64,000 nucleotides of DNA from Octopus sinensis (Eukaryota). The position numbers were made by a program, and so were the translations under genes. Where the stretch lies: contig NC_043008.1 in assembly GCF_006345805.1 (NCBI RefSeq), forward strand, positions 68,262,001 through 68,326,000, given 5' to 3'. Positions 1 through 12,830 of this stretch are shown here, one piece after another; the first letter of the stretch is position 1, and every line of letters starts with the position of its first letter. The notes below the pieces were generated by a model, which did not search any database, was not told where the DNA came from, and saw only the letters and a program-made list of their open reading frames with translations.

Positions 1-491
1 GTACTGACACTCTGTTGAGTATGAACACTGACATTACACAAAAAAAGCATACAGTACATGCTGCAAAGTGGTTATCATTAAGAGGGGCATCCAACTATAG
101 AAACTCTACCAAGACAGACATTGGAGCACAATGAAGTCCGTAGACTCATCAAATCCTGTTAAATTGTCCATCTAATGCCAGCATGGAACATAGACATTAA
201 ATGATGATGATGAGTCAAGAAAAAGGATACTGCATATGATGCTTTTTTAGAGCCTTTGCATTCGGTGAATGATAAGAAGGGAGATATCCTTAAACTGGGG
301 ACCTGATATGAATGCTTGCAACTGCTTGAACCCTGCTAATGGCATGAAGGACCAGGTGGTGATGTTAAAACTGGTGATGAACTGCATCTTCAATGCAACT
401 GGGCTGCAGTGGGATTTGAACACAGAATACAAAGAGCCAGAAATACTGCAAGGCATCCTGTTTGATGCTCTAATATTTCTACCTCTCATAA

Positions 492-710
492 GGTAGCAAG
501 CTGGCAGAATCGTTAGCATGCCAGGCAAAATGCTTAACGGCATTTCATCTATCTTCACATTCTGAGTTCAAATTCCACCGAGGTTGACTTTGCCTTTCAT
601 CTTTTTGGGAGTCAATAACATAAATACCAGCTGAACACTGAGGTCGATGTAATTGATTTTTCCCCTGCCCCTAAACTGCTGCCCTTGTTCCAAAATTTGA
701 AATCAGTATT
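492..710 (+). mobile_element. tRNA-derived SINE family B, the only clear plus-strand copy
   Basis: Head GCAAGCTGGCAGAATCGTTAGCA, B-box-like GAGTTCAAATTCC, body GAGGTTGACTTTGCCTTTCATC; many reverse-complement copies elsewhere in the window. Confidence 0.8.
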
Positions 711-729
711 TCTGCTTTACATGGCTGTT

Positions 730-1720
730 TTTATTGATCCTGGCAGGATGAAAAGCAAACCTGAGCTCAGCAAAATTTAAACTCAGAACTTTGAGACAGA
801 AGGAATACCAAATTCTACCAATCCACTGTCTACATAATAATAATTCTTTCTACTATAGGCACAAGGCCTGAAATTTGGAAGAGGGGAATAGTTGATTACA
901 TCAACCCCAGTACTCAACTGGTACTTAATTTATTGACCCCAAAAGGATGAGAGGCAAAGTTGACCTTGGTGGAATTTGAACTCAAAACGTAGCTATGGGC
1001 AAAATACTGCTAAGTATTTCACCGGGTGTGCTAACTACCTTTTGATGATGATAATAATGATGATGTTGGTGGTGGTGGTTTCAAATTTTGGCACAAGGCC
1101 AGCAATTTCAAGGGAAAGGGAATGTCAATTACATCAACCACAGTACCCAATAAGTACTTATTTCATCGACCCCCTAAAAGATGAAAGATAAAGTTGACCT
1201 CAGCAGAATTTGAACTCGGAATGTAGTGAGTAGGATGAAATACCATTAAGCATTTTGTCCAATGCTCTAACGATTTTGCCAGCTCGCCCTCTTAAATGGT
1301 TTCTAATTTTGGCACAAGGCCAGTAATTTTGAGGGGAGGGGATTTAGTCAATACCATCAACCCCCCAGAACTTGAGTGGTACTCTATTTTATTGACCTTT
1401 AAAGGATGAAAGGCAAAGCTGACCTCAGTGGGATTTGAACTCAGGGGGTAAACAAATGAAACAAATAGAGCAAGGAATTTTCCCAGTACTCTAAGTTTCC
1501 TGTCAAGGTAGACAGCAGCAACTTTTGGAGAAAGAGAGAGAGAAGGGGGGTTGAGAGAGAGAGAGCGAGAGAGAGGCCAGTTGCAAGAGAGAGAGAAGTG
1601 TTGTTGATTTAATCAACTTCCTAGTACTTGACTGAAACTTATTTTATCAAGCTAGAATGATAAAAGGCAAAGTTGGTTATGGCAGAATTTGAACTTGAAA
1701 CATAAAGGGACACAATGATA
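730..1720 (-). mobile_element. Cluster of about five SINE family B copies
   Basis: Repeated plus-strand motif GGATGAAAGGCAAAGTTGACCT..GGAATTTGAACTCA near 745, 945, 1180, 1405 and 1660. Confidence 0.8.
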
Positions 1721-1731
1721 CATTGTGAGAC

Positions 1732-1791
1732 AATTCAAAGTGACATTCTATAATTCAAAGTGACATTCTATAACTCAGAGTGATATTCTAT
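1732..1791. repeat. 20-bp tandem repeat x3
   Basis: AATTCAAAGTGACATTCTAT twice exactly, then a diverged third copy. Confidence 0.85.
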
Positions 1792-2584
1792 CATTCTGTC
1801 ATGTTTCACATTCCGGTCACTTCACAGTTTCAGTAACAATATAAACTACTTTTAAAGTGCATGTGTGTGTATGCATGTATTTATGTATGTGTATCCATGT
1901 ATATATATGTCACTGTGTGTGAGTATATTTTCATGTGTATATGTGGGTAGAACCAAACACCAGTATCATTGAATTTACACTAACACAGGCTGATCTGAGG
2001 TGGCTCGAACATGTAATATATATGCCTGAAGAATCTTTCAAAGAATCTTTTATGTCCTGCTACAACATGACCAACACTTGAGTGGAAGTATTTCAAAGAC
2101 AGATTATAAACTATTTTGAAGAGGGGTAACATCAACAGCAACTCCCTCAAAAGTGGCACACATTACTGTCTGTTGTTCATTTTAGTGATATCCCTGCTTG
2201 AGTGGGGTTTGACAAAATGGAAGTGTGAGATATGGAAGTTTGACATACTTAGCACTACCAGGTGCAGCTACAAAAGAAGCAAATAGGCCAAGTCACACCT
2301 GGTATTTACATGTCACACTGGCAGCCAGTGGAGTGCCTGTCATGGATTGGTTCAAGCAGTCATTAAAAATTGCATAAATGAATGAGAGAATGATCATTAT
2401 TAGATTCATGTGTGTGTATTCATCTGTGTCTGCATATACATGAGTGTCCGTATCTATGTGTTTCCATTTCTGTGTCTGTATGTGTGAGTGTATATTTGGA
2501 TGTCTGTGCAGTTTATGTACAGGTATTCGACTGTCTGTATGAGGGCTATGTCTATCTGCACAAGTGTCTCTGTAGGGTTCTGTT

Positions 2585-2880
2585 ACGTAGCGCCACCTTG
2601 GCTCGATGTCAGCACCGCCTTGGCTGGCTTCCGTGCTGGTGGCACATAAAAATACCAACCGATCGTGGCCGTTGCTAGCCTCCCCTGGACCCTGCGCCGG
2701 TGGCATGTAAAAATCACCCACTACACTCTTGGAGTGGTTGGCATTAGGAAGGGCATCCAGCTGTAGGAACACTGCCAGATCAGACTGGAGCCTGGTGCAG
2801 CCTCCTGGTTTCCCAGAACTAGGTCGAACCGTCCAACCCACGCTAGCATGGAAAATGGATGTTAAACGATGATGATGATG
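2585..2880 (+). mobile_element. 5'-truncated RTE LINE 3' tail ending in (GAT)n; further copies near 45-213, 28457-28810, 33660-33830(-), 40050-40265(-), 41133-41490(-), 54600-55088, 55860-56078 and 62720-63050
   Basis: GAGTGGTTGGCATTAGGAAGGGCATCCAGCTG...CAACCCA.GCTAGCATGGAAA..GA.GTTAAA(GAT)n; the same tail ends the RT-bearing element at 34880-37603. Confidence 0.85.
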
Positions 2881-4301
2881 TGTCAGTATGTAAGTACCAG
2901 TGTTTGTATGTGTCTGCATGTATTTGTGTATCTGTATGTCCATGTGTCTGCATGTGTGTCTGTATATGTGTGCCAGTGTATGCATGTATGTGTATGTATA
3001 TCTATTTTTTTGCATGTCTGTCTGTGTATGTGTCTGTATGTGTGTCTATCTATATATATGAGTCTATGTTGCCTGTGTGTGACAGTATGTGCATGTGTAC
3101 ATGTGTTTATGTGTATGCCTGTACATGTGTGTCTATATATGTGAGCCTATGTGACTGTGTGTGACAGTATGTGTGTGAGAGTGTGTTTCATGTATATGTT
3201 TCTGTGCATGTGCATCTTGTGTGTGTAAGAGGGAGGAGGTGCCAAAGAGATTGTGCAAGTTGGTTTACACATTCAGATAAAGATGTTATTGTTACTATTG
3301 ATCGTATTGTTGTTGCTGTAGTTGTTGTTACAACAGTTAGTGGTGTTCTGTTCTTCTCTTAACGCAGCCTCTTTCTTCTGATTCATGGTGGCAGTGGTGG
3401 GGAATGATGATGATGGGGGTGGTAATGGAGGCAGTGATGGTGGTGGCTCTGGTGTAAATGATGGTGATGAGAGTAGTGATGGTGGTGATGGAATGATGAT
3501 GTTGGTGATGGTAATGGTGGTGGGAATGGTGGTAGTATTGATAGTGGGTGTTGACAATGGTGGTGGTGGTGATGGTAACTTTGTGTAGGATAATGATGGA
3601 AAGGCAGTTAACAATGATGATGATGATGATGATGGTAGTAGTGGTGGGTGGAGATGATGAGGAGGTAGTGGAGAGGATGAAAGGTACTACAACGATAATT
3701 ATGACAATGATGGTGATGATGCTGATGCCATCACTGTACTCGGAAATTCACAACAGAAGAAGAAGAAAAATAAAAAGAACAAAAATAAAACACACCAGAA
3801 TATTTTATAATCAAAAACACAGTTGTCTGTTCTTTATCCTCAGGTCAACTCGAAATACCCAACAGAAACTAACATCAAAGACCTTCCAAACACGACTCTC
3901 CCATTTATCATTCAAACTGTATCTAGAACTATATCTTTAATACTTCTTTTTTTATATTTTCTTCTTGAAGACTATAGTCTGCGACTTGAGGGAAATTTAG
4001 TTGCTATTTCTAGCATGTAGAATGACCCCATAATGACACCCTGCTTGGTATATTAAACTTACAGTTAAACATATAACTTATCTTTCACTTCTTTTTCTTT
4101 TCTTTCTCTTTCTTTCTCTTTCTTTCTACTTGCTTATCTTTATTTTTCTTTCCTTTTCCCCATTTCTTTTTTCTTCACCTCTTCACCACCCTCTCACTCT
4201 TTCTCTCTCTTACTCCTCCTCCTCCTCCTCTCTCTCTCTTTTGCCCTCTTACTCCTCCTCCTCTCTCTCTCTCTCTCTGACTTTCTTCACTCTTTCTCTT
4301 T

Positions 4302-4332
<31 letters not shown>

Positions 4333-4719
4333 CTCTCCCTCTCTCTCATTCTCACTCTTCTCTTTACATACACGCATTTCTCTCTTTTCCCCCCTCTTTT
4401 CTCTCACTTGCCCTCCTGTTCTTGCACATGTGCACCCTCTTTCTCCCTTTCTTTTACACAAACACACACAGACACACACACACACACTCTCTCTCTCTCT
4501 CTCCCCTCCACTTCTCTATATCCCATACTCACTCTCTTGTTTTCAGACACATGCCTTCTCACTTTCTCTTTCCCCCTACTCTCACTGACCCTTATGCACA
4601 CACACACACACACACACACATACATCTCTTCTCCCTACACACTCTCTCTCTCTTTCATACATATTCCCCCTCTCTCTCTGCTCCCCTCTAACTTTCTTTC
4701 ACACATTCCTTCTCATTTG

Positions 4720-4762
<43 letters not shown>

Positions 4763-4811
4763 CCTCAGTATTTTTCTTTCGAGTAGACACACCTCACTCT
4801 TTCTTTTACAT

Positions 4812-4854
<43 letters not shown>

Positions 4855-5312
4855 TCTCTCTACCTTCATTCTTCGCTCCCCTACCTTACACACAACATTC
4901 CATCCAATAACAACAACAACAACATCCAACAAGAGAAACTATCATATTATTATCTAATATACTTAAATAAAGATATTATTCTCTTTGCCTTTTGCCCCTT
5001 TCTCCAATACTCTGTCTTTGACTCTATCTTTCTATCTTCTTATCTGCCTCCCTCTCTCCCTTTTTCTCATTCTTTTCTTGATGTTACTATATATATCTAT
5101 CTGTTTGTCTGGCTTTCTCTCTCTCTCTCTCTCTCTGTGCTCTCTCTCTCTGTGGCTCTCTCTCTCGCTCTCTCTTTCCCCACCTACACATATATATATA
5201 TATATTTCTATCTGTCTGTTACTCTCACTCTCTGTGTTACTATATATCTATTTGTCTGTCTGTCTCTGTCACACCACATACACACACACATGCTTACTTA
5301 CACATATATTCA

Positions 5313-5340
<28 letters not shown>
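2880..5340. repeat. Compound microsatellite and low-complexity block: (TG)-rich, (GGT/GAT)n, (CT)n, (CA)n
   Basis: Directly visible simple repeats that account for the low-complexity ORFs. Confidence 0.95.
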
Positions 5341-5344
<4 letters not shown>

Positions 5345-5377
5345 GCTAGATAGATGGTTTATAATATGTATGTGTGG

Positions 5378-5708
5378 GTGACCCACTTCGGTATTGAATA
5401 ACCATGGGATTGCACCTAGAAAGTTACCCTCCGAGACACAAGTCCAGGCAAAGTTGTTTATGGAAGACCAGCAGTCGCCCATGCATACCAGCCTCTCCTC
5501 TCCTCTCCACACCACCGATGTCATTCAAGGGAAAGGCAAAGGCTGATACAGCTTGGCACCAGTGACATCGCAATTCATTTCTACAGCTGAGTGAACTAGA
5601 GCAACAAGAAATAAAGAGTCTTGCTCAAGAACACAACACGCAGCCCAGTCCGAGAATCAGACTCACAACCTCACGATCGTAAGCTCGATGCTCTAACCAC
5701 TGAGCCAT
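5378..5708 (-). mobile_element. tRNA-derived SINE family D
   Basis: Reverse complement of 42479-42815; head TGGCTCAGTGGTTAGAGC. Confidence 0.85.
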
Positions 5709-8299
5709 GGATATCATCATTTAACATCTGCTTTCCATATAGGCATGAGTTAGACATGTGTGTGTGTGTGTGTGTGCGCGTGTGTATGTATGTGTGTGTG
5801 TACATGTGCAGTATGTATCAAGATATCAGGACAAGAGAAATTCGCCATGATGAAAGAACAGCAAAAATGTGACAAAAAGTGTAGAGTTAGGTATGGAAGC
5901 CATTGCAAAAGGGCAGCTTTCAAAACAGCTGAATAAAGGAAGTATCGTGAAGCATATTGTGCAAAATGGATTTACCCAGTTTGCAGTTCCTTCTGGGATT
6001 GATGTACAATTTGCTCACATCCTCAACCAATCTGAAATAGTGGGGTCAGAATGATGTGATGAATGTCAACAAGGTGAACGTATACTGGTTTGTTGGATTC
6101 TGTTCAGGAAACATGCAAATGGTTTCTAGCTGTGTATATTTGGTGACATATCCAAATCTTATATATATATGCTAATGCACTAAAGCAGCAGAACAGCAAT
6201 GCGATGAGGATGTGCAACACCACGCTACAGTCAGTTGTTTTTCTATAAGATGAGAAAGGACAATGCATGAACATAGACAGATAAAAACCCAAAGTCACAG
6301 ATCTTTGAATGATGCCAAAGATAACTGAAAGCTGCAAGTGGATTTGAAGGAAGTTCTTGTGTCGCCAAGCAATACTGCAATAAAAAGGAATTGTAATAAA
6401 ATATTATAATAATGAGTTTATTATATACAGTGTTCATGTGCACTACATCCCTTTGGAAAAGGTTAAATGAAGGGACAGAAAATAGAAATATAAGCTCCAA
6501 GGAAAAAAAGATGATAATGAAAGCTAGAAGTACATTAACAATACACAAAAATAAAACACGAAAAGACAGAAAAATTACAATCAGAAGAGCCATGAAGTGG
6601 TAGTATTAGTGAATAAGAAGCATGAAATTTTTTAAGAATGCAGTGTCCTGATAGCTAACAATTGACATGAGAAGTTTTTGGTTCTTTTTCATGCTCGAAC
6701 AATACTGAGCATGAAAATATTTTTCCAAAAGTTGTGGGTACAGTGGTGGTTTTTTAAAATTTTATGAGCATGTCCGCAATTTGTAGAGGTACTGGTTTCA
6801 AAAAAAGTGACCGAAGTTGTTGTTGGAAAGATGGTAGATAAACTTCTACCTTGTCAGCTACTAGATATCAAGACTTAAAATGTGTTGATGCCCAGAGAGG
6901 CAAATGAAGTAATGATCTGACCCAATGACATGGTCTGATTTGACAAATAAGATCATGATTGTAGCACTGATAGTGCGTGGGAAAAGCAATGTGGAGTGAG
7001 CACATGAAAGGGGAGGCCTGAAATATGAAGGACTTAGAGAGTTATATGAAGCATGAGCAGAGTAAAGTTTACAAAACTTCCTGTAAAGAGACATATCTTG
7101 GATTTGTAGCTAGGTCTATAATATATTATGTAAGTGGTATTGGGTTTAGATAGAATAATAAAGTAGGGATTTGTGAACTACAGAAAGTACCAAAGAATAT
7201 TTCATCATAGATGTTACAGAGGTGTATGAGAGAAAGGCCAAAACTGAGGGCAGAGAAAAAAACCTTCAGCATGTAGCAAAACAAGATAGTTGCTGCGCGG
7301 TTGATGTGGGTTTGGTGAGGTAATGACAATGAACAATAGGAGTAGATCATGCTACAGCTAAGGCCAAAAGACTCTGCATGTCCCTTGATTGCATCACTGC
7401 TGCTTGACACTGCTAGGGAGAGCAATATTGTTGAAAGGAGCTGAAGTCGTGAGCACCAGTCAATAGTTAATGAAGGGAGTGTCCTAAAGTGCCAGCTGCA
7501 TTTAAAATAAGAAATCTAAACTCTGTGCTTCTGTATGTGTGTGTATATGTGTGTGTGTGTACATACAGGGAGAGAGGGGAATGGAGTTAAAGAGTCATTG
7601 GACCATGGAATCAATATGATATTTAAAGACAATTACCTCCACACTTATTCACACACACAAACAGATGTTATGTTTACAAGCTTTTGTTGTTGTTATTATT
7701 TATTATTATTATCACTTTTGTTGCTATTTTTGTCTTTATTTAATTACTATGACAAACTATCCAGTTTTCACTTAAATTCCATCACCACAAGCACAAATAA
7801 TAAAAATAACGATGTTTCTATTGTCCACAAGACTCTAAGGCAATGAGGTCGGGGTAATAAAAAGATGAAATACTAGATAAAACAACAAGAAACAATGGTG
7901 TGTGTGAGTGTGGAGGGGGGGCTTACAGGAGTAAAAGGGTGAGATCAACAATAGAAATAAAGATATTAATATATAAAAATAATAAAGTGGAACAACAATG
8001 TAACAAAAAAACTATACTTGAAATAGGAGTCGGTAACCAAAGAGGGTTGTTTAGGGCACTCCACATACAACCACAAATTTCTCTGACACACCAAAGTTTA
8101 CTCTAACAAGGCATAGTAAGAATCAGTGGTCCCTCTTAACTGGGCACTTGGAAAAGAAAAGAATGTGCACACACAAGGCTTTCAAGATGAAATCAGATTT
8201 TATAAATGAAGTAATTTCAGTGATGATTACTTACATGGGTGTACATAATCTTTGCAAAGAAAGACAAAATTTGCATACAATGCAAATTTCTGTGCATAC

Positions 8300-9520
8300 C
8301 ATCATCATCGTCGTCATCATCGTCATCATCATCATCATCATCATTTAACGTCCATTGTCCATTTTGGCATGGGTTTTGATGGGCTGGCATGCTGGAAGGC
8401 TGCACCAGACTCCAGTCTGATTTGGCATGGTTTTCTATGGCTGGATGCTCTTCCTAACACCAACCACTCTGAGAGTGTAATGGGTACTTTTGCATGCCAC
8501 TGGCATGAGTGCCATTTGCGTGACACCAGGGTGCATTTACATGCCACAGACATGGGTGCTGATTTGTGTGATGCCAGTATCTGCAACGACTGCGGTTTTG
8601 CTTAGCTTGATGAGTCTTCTTCTCAAGCACGACATAATGCCAAAGGTCTTGGTGATTGTCTCTGTGAGGCCCAACACTTGAAAGGAACTCAGCCACTTTG
8701 CGTTTGTGAGGCCCAACATTCAAAAGATGCTCTTTACATGCCTCCAACATAGGTTCACTTGTCTTGACAAGTCCTCTCAAGCACAGCACATCATCAAACG
8801 TCTCGGTCACTAGTCATTGCCTTTGTGAGGCCCAAAGTTCAAAGATGATGCTTCACCATCTTGTCCCTTGTGTTCCTGGGTCTACCTCTACCACAGGTTC
8901 CCTCTACAGTTAGAGATCAGCACTTCTTTACACAACTGTCTTCGTCCATACACATCACATGACCATACCAGCACAGTCATCTCTTGCACACCACATCTGA
9001 TTCCTCTTATGCCTAACTTTTCTCTCAAGATGTGTACACTCTGTCAAACATGCACACTGACATTGCACATCCAGCAAAGCATACTGGCTTCATTTCTTTC
9101 AAGCCTATGCATTTCCTCGGCTGTCATAGCTCATGTTTCACTGCCATGCAACAAAGCTGTTTGCACACAGGCATCAAACAATCTGTCTTTCATTCTGAGA
9201 GAGAGAGGCCCTTCGTTGCCAGCAGAGGCAGGAGCTCTCTGAACTTTGCCCAGCCTAATCTTATTCTCACAGCTACGCTCTTGGAGCATTCACCTCCACT
9301 ACCAACTTAGTCACCTACATAATGGAAGCTATCTACTGTCTCTGGCTTGCCCCGCTGACAGTTGATGGAGTCTATTTTCAGCATTTATTGTACCTGTGCA
9401 TCTTCCACATACAAAAGTTAGTTTCCCTGTTAACCTTCCTCTGATGTTGCTGCACTTTTTATGTGTCCAAAACTTACACCGGGTGCATCTTATGGAGCTT
9501 CTACCCTTGGTAACAAATTA
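8300..9520 (-). mobile_element. RTE LINE 3' part (degenerate ORF2 C-terminus plus 3'UTR)
   Basis: Colinear with 35900-37600; minus frame RSSIRCTRCKFWTHKKCSNIRGRLTGKLTFVCGRC at 9394-9502; (CAT)n tail at 8300-8345. Confidence 0.8.
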
Positions 9521-9552
9521 GAAGGAACTTTTGTGTAAGTTACTTACTTAAA

Positions 9553-10405
9553 GGTGCAGTCATGGCTGTGTGGTAAGAAGCTTGCTTCCCAGCCACATGG
9601 TTCTGGGTTCAGTCCCATTTTGGACAAGTGTCTTCTACTGTAGCTAGCCTCAGGCCACCCACAAAGGTCTTGCGGGTGGATTTAGTAGACAAAAACTGAA
9701 AGAAGCCCGTCGTAGATGTGTGTGTGTGTGTTCGACCCCCACCAGATAACTGGTTTTGGTGTGTTTACATCCCTGTGACTTAACGGTTTGGCAAAAGAGA
9801 CTGTTACAATAAGTACTAGGCTTAAATAAGTCCTGGCTCAATTTGTTTGATTAAACCCCTTCAAGGCAGTACATCGGTATAACCACTGTCTAATAACTGA
9901 AACAGGTAAAAGATAAAAAGGTAAGAAAGGGAAAAATAGTGATTTGATTTTCATAATAGATTTAGCCAAGAGCTAGATCTGTCCTGCATGTAAAATGAGC
10001 TTTAAAACATGAACTTAGAAATCAGTAACGAGTGGCTGTGTGGTAAGCAGCTTGCTTACCAACCACATGGTTCCAGGCTCATTCCCACTGTGTGGCACCT
10101 TGGGGAAGTGTCTTCTACTATAGCCTCGGGCCGACCAAAGCCTTGTGAGTGCATTTGGTAGACAGAAACTGAAAGAAGCCTGTTGTATATATGTGTATAT
10201 ATATATATGTGTCTGTGTTTGTCCCCCCAACATCGCTTGTCAACCGATGCTGGTGTGTTTATGTCCCCGTAACTTTGCGGTTCAGCAAAAGAGATCGATA
10301 AAATAAGTACTAGGCTTACAAAGAATAAGTCCTGGGGTCGATTTACTCGACTAAAGGCAATGCTCCAGCATGACCACAGTCAAATGACTGAAACAAGTAA
10401 AAGAG
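9553..10405 (+). mobile_element. Two tandem copies of tRNA-derived SINE family A (9553-9920, 10030-10405)
   Basis: TGGCTGTGTGGTAAG head, GGTTCA.TCCCA box, internal TA/TG tract, tail CAGCATG.CCACAGTCAAATGACTGAAACAAGTAAAAG. Confidence 0.85.
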
Positions 10406-10590
10406 TAATAGAGACATTAAACAAAACATCATGGTCAGTTTCATCACCTTCAACATATTTTGGACAGATTCAGTTGTTAATAGCTCCAAGATAGCCATGC
10501 CTGTAAAGTTAAAATCTATTCTAAAACAACAAAGATTCCTGAAATAGTGGCAAGTCAAGGACTTATGGAAGCTTTCCATAATCCCTGACA

Positions 10591-11314
10591 TAACCCTTTA
10601 ACATTTAAACTGGCCACATCCAGCCCAAATATCCTTCCTGTTCTAAGTTTTAATCAGACGCTTCCAGGTTTTCACACCTAGATGTCTTGCAAACACCTTG
10701 CACATGCAAGAGCTACCAGTCAAAAACTCCGCATACCGGAAGCCAGCAAGTGTATGGGGTCATCAGGAGAAAATGTGCGCTGTTTCAGGGCCTACCTCTC
10801 GACAGCATCAATGTGCACTGGCTCCCCTCACTGATATGAGGCCCCACTTGCTAGATCAACTGGTTATCAAATAAAGCTCAATATTCTTCTAGCCATCGCT
10901 CATCGAGGCTGTGATTAATGTCATTCTGACATTAAACAATCATGTCACTGAAATCTTCAAGCTGTGAGATAATGCATGATCAATTCAAAACAATGTGAAT
11001 AAACAAGCATTACATTTGACAGTGTAATCTCAATGCTAAAAGGTTAAAGGTTAAAGGTCCTCTTGAAGGGGCCACTCAAACTGACCTCTTTAACTCCTCA
11101 GTATTCAGATTACTCTGTCAAATCTGACACTTGTTTATTTACACTGTTTTGAATTTATCATGCATTATCTCACAGCTTCAAGATTTCTGTGATGTGATTT
11201 GTTTATTGTCAGAATGACATTGTAGGGACGGTGTGATAGGGTAGATCTGGCTGGTTTGAGCATAAAACAGACAGAATATTTGGGCCTGATATGGCCACTT
11301 TAAATGCTAAAGGT
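10591..11314. mobile_element. Two piggyBac-type MITE copies in inverted orientation (10594-11043 with an internal insert; 11094-11314)
   Basis: (T)TAACCCTTTA.CATTT...AATGCTAAAAGGTTAA termini; 10918-11043 is the reverse complement of 11094-11221. Confidence 0.65.
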
Positions 11315-11584
11315 CCAAAAGAGTATAAGACCTTTTGGCACAATCATTTTCACAACACTGATTTGATACTAAATTATTTGACATCTGACATCTTATCATT
11401 TCTTTCCCTTTCTCTCTTCCTCCTCTTCTCTTTGTTTACATATATTAACATATTTCTCTCTCCTATGAGAAGAGGAAAAATGCTTATCTCAGTGTTCAAT
11501 TAATAAATTGTAATGTCTCTCCCTCTCCTCTATTTATCTGTATATATATATATTTTTGCACATGTGAGTTTGTGTATTTTTTTT

Positions 11585-11972
11585 TATTCTTTTACTTGTT
11601 TCAGTCATTTGACTGTGGCCATACAGAACAGTTTTTTAGTCAAAGAAATTGACCCCAGGAATTATTCTTTGTAAGCCTAGTACTTACTCTATGAGTCTCT
11701 TTTAATAAACTGCTAAGTTACAAGGATATAAACACACTAACGTCAGTTGTCAAGTGATGGTGGGAGGACAAACAGACATAAAGACACACACATACATACA
11801 TACATAATACATATGACGAGCTTCTTTCAGTTTCTGTCTACTAAATCTACTCACAAGGCTTTGGTCAACCTGAGGCAACAGTAGAAGCACTTTCCCAAGG
11901 TGCAATGCAGTGGGACTGAACCCAGAACCATGTGGTTGGGAAGCAAGCTTCTTACCACACAGCCACACCTGT
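11585..11972 (-). mobile_element. SINE family A
   Basis: Colinear with the intact copy at 56681-57081. Confidence 0.85.
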
Positions 11973-12830
11973 GCATGTGTGTGTTTGTCTTCAGAGCCAA
12001 AAAGCACAGTTGCCAAAACAGACTGAATGTCCAGTCAAGATCTGAACAGCTGTTATTGTTCATATCCTCCACAAACCCTTTATGGAATGTGAGAGTTGAT
12101 TTTCCACTGACCACATGACAGAGCTGATAAAATACAGTAAATGCCTCTTAAAGTGACCACAACTGAGACACTTATTACAATTCTGTGCTAGGGATCTTTA
12201 TCCTCCATTAGCTTTGGTACATCCTCAGTTTCATCTTATGTGTCTCTACCAGTAACATCAATGTATATGGTTGTTTGACCTGCTAAAAATAGTATCAAAC
12301 TCTGCCTCAAACACTACTCTTCCATCTAAAAAATTGGTTGATATGTATTGATTAACTCAGTCTTAGATATAATATACCAGAAGTGATCATAGTTGGAACA
12401 TTATAGTGGAGCACAAAGAATACAAGGAGGGGAACAGCTGTGCTTAATGACAATCAAGAATGGAGACGCTCTAAATATCAAACATAAAAGCATGTGAATG
12501 AGTCGGTTCTGCATGAGTGCAAAGGAACGGCAGCTGTTGCATTCAAACAGATGTATTCTTCATTGCGGTCACCACCATAATCCACAGACAAGGAAGCCCC
12601 TTATATTGGTCACTGACCATATTTATAAAAAAGGGAGAGGTCTTGATATTGTGATCCTAGATACAGTACATAGAAATAACAAAACTGATGGAATGGTCAT
12701 GATTAGAATGCCTTCTGATCATAGATCTGCTTCATCAGAGTTGACCTAGAACTAAACATCAACAAATAAACAGAATTTAGAGCACAGCTTGCACAGCTGG
12801 TAAGACTGCATTCCATAAAATTAACCATTG

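Noticed and set aside
247-496. Overlapping short ORFs 247-558 and 269-496 as an exon
   Set aside because: No recognisable motif; wedged between repeats and partly overlapping a SINE.
2293-5353. Long ORFs such as 4408-5349 (313 aa) and the many YIYI, CVCV and HTHT ORFs across the window
   Set aside because: Translations of dinucleotide microsatellites that lack stops by composition; no domain content.
5850-7500. Possible coding remnants at 5850-6400 and 6860-7500 (also 26380-26650 and 38130-38500)
   Set aside because: Only faint resemblance to old transposon proteins with many stops; cannot be assigned without a search.
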